A DNA stretch of 63,680 nt, filler included, from Chrysochromulina tobinii (Eukaryota): the NCBI GenBank assembly GCA_001275005.1. It is 5 parts of 5 records of this genome, joined end to end, with 100 filler letters (N's around TTAATTAATTAA, not from the genome) between each part and the next. Parts side by side here need not be neighbours in the genome. Positions count along the whole stretch, not along the records: positions 25,906 to 34,358 come from JWZX01000941.1; positions 34,459 to 49,918 come from JWZX01000942.1; 3 more parts are not named here. The stretch is one strand, 5' to 3'. The notes under the pieces were generated by a model that was given only the letters and a program-made list of their open reading frames with translations, was not told where the DNA came from and ran no database searches. Each line of letters begins with the position of its first letter. The stretch's first letter is position 1. Of this stretch, positions 30,917 to 40,478 are shown piece by piece. A program made the position numbers and the translations under genes.

Positions 30917-33192
30917 ATGGAGGCCCGACTGGCCCGACTGGCCCGACTGGCCCTCATTCTCTCCGGTTTGCGAGTGTTGGCTGCATTAGGCGCCATCGAC
31001 GGCTGCATTAGCTGGCGCCAGACTGGCGGCTGCGACCCAGACGGCGTGCGCGAGCCGGCCGCAGACAAGGCGTGCGACCTCATCATAGACTCGGGTGCGA
31101 GTGGCTACTGTGAGTGTGCCAATGGCGTGCGGGTGAGCCGCGTCGCGTGCATCCACCCGCCGTTTGCGTGCAAAGTCGAATGTCGGCTACACTCAGCCGC
31201 GCCGCGTACCAGCGAGCCGACGTGCTCCGCAGACGGCACTTGCGACCCGCCGCCCGTAGGCGCGATACCACCACCACGCACCGCCGCCTCCACCGCCGCC
31301 TCCACCGCCGCCTCCACCGCCGCCATCGAAAGCACGCCCTCGCCGCCGCGCGACCAGCGATACTCGTGCCTCGGCTGGCGCCAGACGCACGGGTGCGATC
31401 CCGACGGGCTGCGTGACGAGCACGCAGACCGCGCGTGCTCAGACATGGTGCCCGCGGGCGCGTCGGGCTATTGCGAGTGCGCCGGCGCGCTCGATGGCCG
31501 ACGGCGGCGCGTGCGGCTCTCCGGCTGTGACCACGCGCCCTTTGAGTGCGAGAGCGAGTGCGCGCGCGCCGCGCACTACGACTGTGACGGCTGGCACCAG
31601 ACCGGCAACTGCAGCTCCGACGGTCCGAGAGAACCGGAGCTCGATCGAGATTGCGACGCCGAGGTGTCCGCGTCCGTGTCCGGGTACTGCTCGTGTCACG
31701 GCGGCGCACGGCGCGTGGCGCGGCCGGCGGGCTGCGCGTCGGACTGGGCGCTCATCCCGAGCGATCTGCGCTGCCGCTTCGTGTGCGCACGCGGCGAGGG
31801 CTTGTACGAGGTGGGCCCCTCTGCTTTTCCTCTGCTTAACCTCTGCGTGACGCTGAGTGGCCTCCCTCATTGCATGCAGGTGCTCGGGCTGCCCGAGGAG
31901 GGCGGCGATGGCGGCGTGAATGAGCAGGCCATCAAGCAGAGCTTCCGGCGCTTGTCCCTCAAGCTGCATCCGGACAAGCAGCGAACCGCTGAGCAGCGAG
32001 AGTTCGCAGCGCGTCGTTTCGCGGAGGTGCGCGCTGCGTACGACGTGCTCGCGGCGCCGGACGCGCGCATCTTGTACGATATGCATGGGTACCAAGCGGC
32101 GAGCGAGGCGACTCAGAAGCAGCGGGGCGACGACGGGAGCGTGGAGATGAGCGTGAGCTTGGCGGAGGTGTGAATGAGAACACCAGAGTGGTGTGAATGA
32201 GAACACCAGAATAGACTTCTGAGTGCCTCTGCTTTGCCGCACGGAGTGCCTCGCAGCGTGCCCGTGAGTGCCTCCCTGTTCACCTTTCCACAGCGTGCCT
32301 CACCTCCCTTTCCACAGTCGCTCCCTTTCCTCAGCGTTTCCTTTCCACAGCGTTCCCTTTCCACAGTCGCTCCCTTTCCTCAGCGTTCCCTTTCCACAGC
32401 GTTCCCTTTCCACAGCGTTCCCTTTCCACAGCGTTCCCTTTCCACAGCGTTCCCGTGAGTGCGTCCCTCCTCGGGTGTACACGCTGATTGCCTTCCTCAT
32501 CAGGTGTGCATGCTGATTGCCTCCCTCTTCAGGTGTACACGGGCGTGCACAAGTCACTCACCATCACGCGACGTGTCGTGTGCAAGGGCTGTGGAAAGGG
32601 TGCGACTCCGTCCGCGCGCTCGTCACGGCGCTGCGCGCGCTGCGGCGAGTGCCCCGCCGAGATCCGGCCGGTGAACGTGCAGCTCGCGCCTGGATTCGTC
32701 ATCCAGCAGCAGCAGGAGGTGCCCAGTGACGAGCGGTGCGAGCAGCGCCAGCGCCAGCTCGAGGTGCGCGTGCTGCGCGGCATGGCCGACGGAGACGTGC
32801 TCACCTTTAGTCGCGCGAGCGAGCAGCGGCCGGGCATGATCCCGGGAGACGTGAAGCTTAAGCTCAAGGTGATCTCCGACCCGAGATTCAAGCGGGTGGG
32901 CCAGGCGCTGCACACGAGCATGCACCTGACGCTGCGGCAGGCCCTGCTAGGCTTTAATTCGACCCTCTCGCACCTCGATGGGCATGTAGTCGCGCTGTCG
33001 CGGCACGGGGTGAGCCAGCCGGGCGAAGTGCTCAAGGTCGAAGGCGAGGGGATGCCCGAACGAGAGCGCGAGGACGAGGGCGAGGCCAACGGCGCCGCCG
33101 GCGCACTGCACGTCAAGATTTTCGTCGATTTCCCACACGAGCTCGACGAGCCCACGAGAGAGTGGGCAAGTAGGGCGCTGCCCGCGCCGTAG
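30917..33192 (+). CDS. Secretory-pathway DnaJ (ERdj3/DNAJB11-like) with three N-terminal Cys-rich repeats; introns 31811..31879 and 32168..32532
   Basis: Signal-peptide-like N-terminus; 3x CxxWxQTxxCxxDGxRE..C..SGYCxC; J domain LYEVLG..HPDK..AYDVL; C-terminal PGDV..LTLRQALLGF..HLDG..GEGMP. Confidence 0.87.
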
Positions 33193-33411
33193 AGCTTCAA
33201 ATTTGCCCCACGTTTATACTATGTAGAGCCAAAAACGAGGTGTTGAGCTTGCTCCGATCCTCCGATTGTGTTCACAATGTATACATGGAAACATTGGCTG
33301 TGAAACTGTGAATGTGAACCTCAACTCACCGTTGCTCGCTTGGCCCCCAGCGCGCGCTTCAAGGGCAGCCACTTGCGCATCGAAGGCAGCCACTTGCGCT
33401 CGTCCGCCGCG

Positions 33412-34358
33412 ATGGCACAGGTCCGGCGGTATGAGGCGAAGCTGGCGACATAGAGGATCAAGGATAATTTCACGCTCGAGCTCGAGAAGACGATCCAGAC
33501 CGACCGGATGCTCGGCGAGAACTTCCGTTCCGATGGCCGTGTGGTCCAGACACGGATCACAAACGAGCAGAAGGCGGCGCAGCAGAACATGTATGCGACG
33601 CAGCAGCTGATGTCGGCGTCGATCGCGCAGCAGCGAGAGGCGGTGTTGCGCGAGCAGGACGAGCGGCTCGCCGCCGAGATCGCGCGCCGCAAGACACAGG
33701 CTGTGCGCGAGGCGAAGAACGTGCAGCGCATCTGCGAGCAGTCGGAGGAACTGCGGGCGCTGGAGGAGAAGCTGAAGGCGGCGTACATGAACAAGGAGCG
33801 CGAGTGCCAGATCAAGGAGTCGGCGCACCTGATCGCCAAGCAGGCCGAGTCGGAGTCCATTATGGCCCAGACGATGGAGGCGGACCGGCAGCGCGGGCTG
33901 CAGGCGGAGGCGTACCGCGAATACCTGCGCCAGCAGGATGGGCGCGCGATGCGAGCGGAGTTGGACAAGCAGGTGCAGGAGAAGATGACGCTCAAGGCCG
34001 AGGCCTACCAGCAGTTCCTCAAGGAGAAGGAGATGGTGGACAAGGTCGTTGAGGCGATCATCGAGGAGGACCGGAGAGAGACAGAGGCGCGCCACGCGAA
34101 GGAGAAGGAGATCAAGTCGTACATCGACGCGTTCATCGTGCAGCAGGAGGAATACAAGCACAAGCGCCGGGTCGAGATCGAGGAGGAGAATGCCAAGATC
34201 CGCGCCTACGCCGAGCACGTCATGGCGCGCGAGCAGGCCATGCGACTCGAGCGCGAGAAGGATCAGAACGCCAAAGACGCCGCGCTCGAGAAGATTTCGG
34301 GCGACATGGCGGCGCGGTGCGCGAGCCCGCCCCAGCCGAGAACTCCGCCCCCCCCTCG
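33412..34358 (+). CDS. MNS1: Meiosis-specific nuclear structural protein 1-like axonemal coiled-coil protein (3' partial; in-frame TAG at 33451)
   Basis: SEELRALEEKLKAAYMNKER and AYQQFLKEKEMVDKVV match my recollection of MNS1; long E/K/Q/R-rich coiled coil. Confidence 0.8.
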
Positions 34359-34458
34359 NNNNNNNNNNNNNNNNNNNNNNNNNNNNNNNNNNNNNNNNNN
34401 NNTTAATTAATTAANNNNNNNNNNNNNNNNNNNNNNNNNNNNNNNNNNNNNNNNNNNN
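34359..34458. other. Artificial contig linker
   Basis: N-run with TTAATTAATTAA. Confidence 0.97.
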
Positions 34459-34568
34459 CCCTAATTAGGGTGACACCTCCCTTAACCACGTCATCCCAGG
34501 ATGGCGTGGGATCCCGTGACCCACCAAGAACTAGACGCCACCCTCGACAAAAGAGGCTGGCCAAAGGA

Positions 34569-36755
34569 ATGAGCGAGTCGCTCGTAGAGCGCATCAAGCG
34601 ACTTCAGGCGGCACGCGACCGGACCGGGCAGCCCGGCGCGCCAACGGCCTGCACGGGCCCAGGGCCACAGGCCGAAATCCTCGGAAGCAGGAGAGAGCAG
34701 GGGACGGCACCAGCGCAAGGAGCGACCCCGGCCCTCGAGGAGCGGATAGTGGAACTCACCGGCACTCGCGCCGAGCACCCGGCGCAGCCAGATGACAGCC
34801 CACTATCCAAGCAACTCGCCAAGCTCGGGCAAGAGCGGCTGCTCAGGGAGGCACAAGGACCCATGCCGCCCGTGGGGGCGGAGGCCCAGCAGCAGGCCGG
34901 CGCGGGCATCGGAGCAGCGAACACCAGTCGCAACAAGCACGTGAGATGGCACGACTTCAAGAGAGCACGCGCCGACGTCGACGGAGCTACCACGAGAAGA
35001 GCGCCCATGCGGCACGAAGACTCGGAGGAAGGCAGCGACGACGAGGTCGATGACGCGGGCGTCACGATGGGCCCGATGAGTAACGCGCCGATCGAGCGCA
35101 TGGAAGCCGACAACCGCAAGGCGGCGGCCGAACTCATCAGCGCAATCGGCAACATCGACTGCGCTCGGCGACATTTCCAGGACGACACGATCACCGGCAC
35201 CCAAGGCGACCTCGACGACTACCTCAACTCGATAGCTGCGTCATCGCGCGGATACATTACTATGTGCAAAGGCCGTGCGCTCGGGCTCGAGCAGTACCTC
35301 ATAGAGCGAGACGGCCCCCCAGACGACGGGACCATGCGCATCCACGGACGCGTCAACTCGAGAGCCATCATCGGCTTCCTCAATCAGGAAGCTAAGAAGG
35401 GAAAAACTGCCCGGCAGGGCGCCGAGGCGCAAATCCGCAAACTCAAAGCATGGGGCTTCGACCTGGCAGTCGACACCGAGGTGAACGCGAACGCACGCAA
35501 GGCGGCGCCGAAGCCCACCAAAGGCGAGGCGAAACCTGCCAACCCGCTGGACCTGGACATGGTGGCGCACATCGGGTATGGCGTCGCCGACACCTCGCTC
35601 AGCATGACCCAAAGGGGCTGCTTCGCCCAGATGGAAATCATGCAGCAAGGCGTGCTTCGCCACGTGAATGCGAACAGGTGCGGAGAGATCACCGACCGGG
35701 TCCAAGGAGAGCCGGGGGCAATCAATCCCGACTTCTTCCACGGGCGGGTGGCCGTCGACGCGAAGAAGGCGATGGACAAGAAATACGACAAACCCTTCTG
35801 CGCGGTCAAGCGCACCTTCACCGGCTTCGAGTATGGCGCGACCCTCATCCACTCGCTCCAGGGAGTCACCCACCTCGGCTTCCTCGTGCGCGACCTCTCG
35901 GCGCCCAGCGCCAACCCATTCGAAGAGGGATGCACCTTCCTCGACAAGCCCATGGACCGCAATCGCACGCTGCGCATGCTCGGTCACCTCATGAGAGCTC
36001 GCGTCACCTACCCGGACGGCCGCAAGCAGTGCCCGACACGCCTCGAGCGCCTCGATCACCTAGGAGTCCAGGCAGCCCGCCACGTGCTACCAGCGGCGGC
36101 CGGCGCCCGCTTCGAATCGCGCCGTGCCATCAGAGAGATAGGCATATGGTCCAAGAGCGCGGCAGAAGAGACCACCGTGCCGGGCATGGGGCGACTGGCA
36201 GACCTAGTCACAACCGTATGGGGCAAGGACCCCGACGAGGACGCGGCGGCGCATACAACGCCCGACCAATACTCCTCGCACGGCACCTCGGTTGCACTCC
36301 CCGGCATCCTCCTCAGGCAGCACAAGGCCATCTCGGCGCTCATCCTCGAGCACGCGGCAGACCTCTCGGCCATAGCCGGCGTCAAAGGATGGAAGCTACT
36401 CCACGAGGCAGCCTGGCCAACGGGCTTCCAGAGGAGCACCGCGGTCGCACCCAGCCTCAATATACAGGGCGGGCAAGAGCCCACGGCAGCGATCCTCGCC
36501 GTCGTCGCAGCGGCCAGCGCCGTAGCATCGGCCGGAGCCGGACCTAGTGCGGCCGCGGAGCCAGGGGTGCCGACCAGCGGCGGCGACGGGCAAGGCCCAA
36601 CCCGGGTCGCAGCACCCGGAGCCAACGACACCAACGTCATCGCCGCAACCGTCGTCGCAGACGCGGCGCAAGCCCCCCCCACTATTGGAGGGGCGGTGCG
36701 CGCGATCATCGCACGCGCGGCAGCCGTGATCGAATCGGCGGGCGGCCCCGCCTGA
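34569..36755 (+). CDS. Tyrosine recombinase-like protein
   Basis: Ordered motifs GVLRH (R, 35658), DAKK (K), QAARHVLP (HxxR position with H>Q, 36069-80), EIGIWS (G-x-W, 36141-49), PDQYS (Y, 36270). Confidence 0.65.
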   Translation: MSESLVERIKRLQAARDRTGQPGAPTACTGPGPQAEILGSRREQGTAPAQGATPALEERIVELTGTRAEHPAQPDDSPLSKQLAKLGQERLLREAQGPMPPVGAEAQQQAGAGIGAANTSRNKHVRWHDFKRARADVDGATTRRAPMRHEDSEEGSDDEVDDAGVTMGPMSNAPIERMEADNRKAAAELISAIGNIDCARRHFQDDTITGTQGDLDDYLNSIAASSRGYITMCKGRALGLEQYLIERDGPPDDGTMRIHGRVNSRAIIGFLNQEAKKGKTARQGAEAQIRKLKAWGFDLAVDTEVNANARKAAPKPTKGEAKPANPLDLDMVAHIGYGVADTSLSMTQRGCFAQMEIMQQGVLRHVNANRCGEITDRVQGEPGAINPDFFHGRVAVDAKKAMDKKYDKPFCAVKRTFTGFEYGATLIHSLQGVTHLGFLVRDLSAPSANPFEEGCTFLDKPMDRNRTLRMLGHLMRARVTYPDGRKQCPTRLERLDHLGVQAARHVLPAAAGARFESRRAIREIGIWSKSAAEETTVPGMGRLADLVTTVWGKDPDEDAAAHTTPDQYSSHGTSVALPGILLRQHKAISALILEHAADLSAIAGVKGWKLLHEAAWPTGFQRSTAVAPSLNIQGGQEPTAAILAVVAAASAVASAGAGPSAAAEPGVPTSGGDGQGPTRVAAPGANDTNVIAATVVADAAQAPPTIGGAVRAIIARAAAVIESAGGPA

Positions 36756-36865
36756 ATAGCAAGGAAGGGGACGCGCAAACCCCGAGCGAGAGCGACCGGC
36801 GGTCGCCCGCAGCGCGAAGGCAAGCGAGAGCGCCCCCACCCGGGCCCGCTGCACAAGCGCAGGGC

Positions 36866-36984
36866 GCACGAGAGCCCGCCAAAGGCCCGTGCGCACATGG
36901 TCCAGCAAGGACCAGGTAAACACAGCAAGCACGAGAGCCCAACAAAGGCCCGTGCGTACACGGTCCCGTACTGACCAGGTAAAC
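36866..36984 (+). repeat. Two ~56-bp direct repeats (63-bp period) inside the YR element
   Basis: GCACGAGAGCCC..AAAGGCCCGTGCG..GGTCC..GACCAGGTAAAC at 36866 and 36929. Confidence 0.85.
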
Positions 36985-37174
36985 GTGTTCACCATAGGAA
37001 AGAACAACACCCACAGGGAGGAGATCGCCTAAAACCGCGCCCCACGCGTTTCGACAAACCAACGCGTGACGAAACAGCGACGAAACCAACTGCGCACCCG
37101 AAAAACTACGGCGGGCGAAAGAAGGAGGTCCACGCGAGAACGCGCGACCTCGTCGCCGATTGCTAAAAGCACCC

Positions 37175-37609
37175 ATGGACCAGGCGCACGGGCAAAGCGC
37201 CCAAGGCCAAGGCCAGCCGCGGCAGCGGGCTGGGGCGTACGTCGCGCCGCCCATCGAGCACCGCCGCGTATACGTGGAGCTCGCGCGGGCGCACACCGCC
37301 CACCTACTCACCCGCATTCCCGAAGACATCAGGGATAGGACATTCGGGTGCGACCACTGCGGGGAGCTCAACCCGGGCGACTGGTGCAACAACTGCGAGG
37401 CGAACAACATACCATGGTGCGCGCAGTTCCCGAACCTCATTGCCCCCTACTGCGGGCCATGCCACGCGGCCGATCTGGCCTGCAGAAACTGCAAAGTCAA
37501 GCCGAGCAACGGGCCGAGCGACCTGTCGTTCGCCCCGCCAGGATGGCAGCCCGGCTCCGACCAGGTGCATACGCAGATCGCGGGAGCCATCCTCCGGCCG
37601 GCACCATGA
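37175..37609 (+). CDS. Small Cys-rich (zinc-binding) protein of the YR element
   Basis: Four CxxC pairs: CDHC, CNNC, CGPC, CRNC. Confidence 0.6.
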   Translation: MDQAHGQSAQGQGQPRQRAGAYVAPPIEHRRVYVELARAHTAHLLTRIPEDIRDRTFGCDHCGELNPGDWCNNCEANNIPWCAQFPNLIAPYCGPCHAADLACRNCKVKPSNGPSDLSFAPPGWQPGSDQVHTQIAGAILRPAP

Positions 37610-38058
37610 AGCAACGTGCAACCTCACGCGAGCACGCATGCAGCGACCGGCACAGTCGCGGCCAACGCACCACGTAAGCTAGTGCTACGATTGTCTCGTA
37701 CTCTAGAAGCATGGTAAGTAACATATAAGATATAATTCAGGACATATGGAGAAGCTACAACATTCAGGACAGTTGGATTTAAGCGCTCGCGGTAGCATAT
37801 TATGCGCAGCATAATATCCCCGCGAGGGAACCGTAGCTACTCCCTAGCCCAATGGTAACAACCAACCCCAAGGTAGTTACCGAGGGGCCCCAAGGGACCT
37901 ATGCTCATCCACGTGTCGCCCTAAGTGTAACGCCAATCGTATGTTTAATATGCAAGAATGAAACATGAGGCTTCAAGTTTGATCCGTGGCGCATCCAAGA
38001 ACCGAGAGGCTCGTCGGCGAATCGTCGTCGGAAATCTAACTAGGCTGACACTTTCGCC

Positions 38059-38931
38059 ATGGACGCTTCTTTTGTAGCCGGATGGGTGTCGGGGGTGGTT
38101 GGGCTCGCGGTGACGCAGCCCATTGATTTTTTGCTGACCAAATTGCAATCGGGCGCGACGGCGCAGGTCAACAAGCCACCCAACGGCTTGCTGAGCATGT
38201 GGCGAGGGTCGGCGCTGATGTTTGCCACGGTGCCGCTCAACAATGCCATGCTCATGTATGGCTACGGCGCTGGCAAGCGCGTGGGCGACGCGTACGGTGG
38301 CGAGAGCATATTGCCTGTCTTCATCGGTGGGTGCACGGGAGGCTTCATGCAGTCCTTCTTGCAGTCTCCCGTCGAGCTCCTCAAGGTGAGGCTGCAGCTT
38401 GCCATGGGCAAGGAGGTGCCCACCGTCAGCACGCTGACTCGCGAGCTGCTGCGCCCCTCGCCGCGCGGTGCGGCTGCCGTCGCTCCACCCTTGCCACCGC
38501 TGCTCCACAAGGGCCTGTACGCGACGCTCCTGCGTGACGTCGTGCCGCATGGTGTGTGGTTCGCCGCGTACGAGTACAGCAAGAAGCACTTTGAGCGGCG
38601 CGCTTCAGAGGCTGCCGGCCTGCCCGTGGGGGGCACGCCGCCGCCGTTGAGCACCGTCGCACAGCTCAGCTCCGGCGCCTTCGCCGCCATCGCGGCCTGG
38701 GTCGTCGGGTACCCGGCTGATGTGATTAAGACGCGATGCCAAATGGAGGGTGGGCAAGCGAGCGTGGCCGAGGCAGCGCGGGCAATCTACGCCGAGGGCG
38801 GCCTGCGCGCCTTTTACAACGGGCTGGGCCTCAAGCTGCTCCGCGCGGTGCCCATGAGCGCTGTCGGCTTCTTCGCCTACGAATACGCGATGGGGGTCCT
38901 CGGCAAGCTCCAAGCCAAACAGATCCCTTGA
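38059..38931 (+). CDS. Mitochondrial carrier (SLC25; carnitine/basic amino acid carrier-like)
   Basis: Three Px[DE]xxKxxxQ motifs (PIDFLLTKLQ, PVELLKVRLQ, PADVIKTRCQ); LRDVV, LRAVP. Confidence 0.95.
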   Translation: MDASFVAGWVSGVVGLAVTQPIDFLLTKLQSGATAQVNKPPNGLLSMWRGSALMFATVPLNNAMLMYGYGAGKRVGDAYGGESILPVFIGGCTGGFMQSFLQSPVELLKVRLQLAMGKEVPTVSTLTRELLRPSPRGAAAVAPPLPPLLHKGLYATLLRDVVPHGVWFAAYEYSKKHFERRASEAAGLPVGGTPPPLSTVAQLSSGAFAAIAAWVVGYPADVIKTRCQMEGGQASVAEAARAIYAEGGLRAFYNGLGLKLLRAVPMSAVGFFAYEYAMGVLGKLQAKQIP

Positions 38932-39453
38932 TGGCAATCGGCATCATCTTGAGGGCCATTGCGAACAGCATGTTGAGCAGTTGAGATACACGCAGGCATG
39001 GGCACATACAGCGGAGGCGGAGACTAGAGTGAGAGATGTACTGATGAGAGCTGATGGTCGTACAAGAAGTGTGAAGTCGAGTCTGTGGGCTGTGGGGAGT
39101 CGACGGTGCCGCGTGCGAGTCCGAGTGGGGTCGACGACACACGGGCTCACGGGTGCACGTCTCGGACGCGTCAGTGGGCCCCGCTAGTGCGGTGCGCGCT
39201 GTGATCGCGCCGGGCCCCCACGTAGACGTACAACCCACCGCTGAATGCGCGCCCGCGTCCCAGGGGGCGCGCGAGCGCGCCGACATGGGACGCATTTTAT
39301 TACCGCATGCGAGATGGAGCGTTAACGATGCGTCGATATTTGAACCCTACGAGACCGCGTCTCGGAACTCTGACGGATGGGAACTGTCGTCTCTCTGCTA
39401 CCTTTACACGGTGTCGCGGCGGCCAGCTCGCCGGGGTGACGATACCATCGTCG

Positions 39454-40269
39454 CTACCGAGTTGACTCATGCCGCCGGTGATGTCGAAACAGGGGCGGGG
39501 CGTACGCAGGCGGTGCCGAAACTGAGGCACCCGACAGGGGTGGGATCGGTCGCTGCGAGAGTGGAGGTGGCTGCCGAGGCTCGGGTGGTTGCGCCTGCGC
39601 CGCCGCAGGTTCGGTCGGTGGCGGCTGCAGAGCTGTAGGCTGCGCTGGCAGCAGCGGCGCTGGCAGTGGTGCCGGCGGCTTGGGCGGCTTGGGCGGCTGC
39701 AGCTTCGTCTGCACGCATGCTGACGAGCTGCCCACATCGCCGTCGAAGGCACGTTTGCGTTTGCGCGGGCTGGGCGGTGCCACCCCTAGCGGAGGCAGCC
39801 TCGCCGGGTCCGCCTCGCGCACAGTCGCCTCGCGTAGCTGGGCCTGCACGGACACGAGCACGGCGGCATCAATCGGCCAGAGCCCGAGCGCGCCCTTGTG
39901 CGGCACCGGCCGCGACAGCTTGCAAACAGCGCCGACCACGTTGCACACGGGACCTGTTGCCCACACTTGCGCATCGGTCCCCATGCATGCTTGCACGGAC
40001 GTGGCACGATCGATGCGGCACGCGCCTACGATGCATCCGTGAGGTAGGAGCGCCTCCGGCGGCACGTTTGGCAGCAGCGAGCGGACCTTGCGCTCGTGCT
40101 CGGGATCCAGCTTGCCTACCCCCGTGTGGATGGCAATCCAGCCCGCCGGAAGGCTCACGGTCCGGTTCTCGATCACCTTCTCGCCCTCGAGGATTGCCCA
40201 GCTCAGCTGGGCGCCGCGGAGGGTGAGGCCGTGCGTGATCTCGCCTGTCGAGCGTGCGGCCGCCGGCAT
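39454..40269 (-). CDS. ASCH-domain protein with Pro-rich tail
   Basis: GLTLR..SWAILEGEKVIENR..WIAIH, PHGCIVG, PVPHKGALGLW (GxKxxExR core). Confidence 0.8.
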   Translation of the reverse strand: MPAAARSTGEITHGLTLRGAQLSWAILEGEKVIENRTVSLPAGWIAIHTGVGKLDPEHERKVRSLLPNVPPEALLPHGCIVGACRIDRATSVQACMGTDAQVWATGPVCNVVGAVCKLSRPVPHKGALGLWPIDAAVLVSVQAQLREATVREADPARLPPLGVAPPSPRKRKRAFDGDVGSSSACVQTKLQPPKPPKPPAPLPAPLLPAQPTALQPPPTEPAAAQAQPPEPRQPPPLSQRPIPPLSGASVSAPPAYAPPLFRHHRRHESTR

Positions 40270-40478
40270 CCCGACCACCGACCCGAGGAAGCAAGCAAGA
40301 AAGTGAAGTGTGAAATAGAAACGCTGTTTTGTTCACGGCAAGTCCGAAAATTGTGGCAACAGTGTTACAGCAACCGTTCTCCAAGCGCTTTCTCGCGCGT
40401 CACTCGTCCCTGTTGCAGTCCATGGGGCCATTTAGGGTTCGCAACGCAGCAATGGCCAATGCTACCAGTACCTGGCCC

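Larger units (their letters stand above)
34459..37924 (+). mobile_element. Putative tyrosine-recombinase mobile element (DIRS/Ngaro/Crypton-related), no RT visible
   Basis: A/C-skewed composition unlike the host genes; YR-like ORF plus Cys-rich ORF; 12-nt complementary ends TTAGGGTGACAC (34465-76) and GTGTCGCCCTAA (37913-24); begins at a contig edge. Confidence 0.6.

Noticed and set aside
34459..34470. Telomere fusion (CCCTAA-TTAGGG)
   Set aside because: Only one unit on each side; better explained as part of the element end or as chance.
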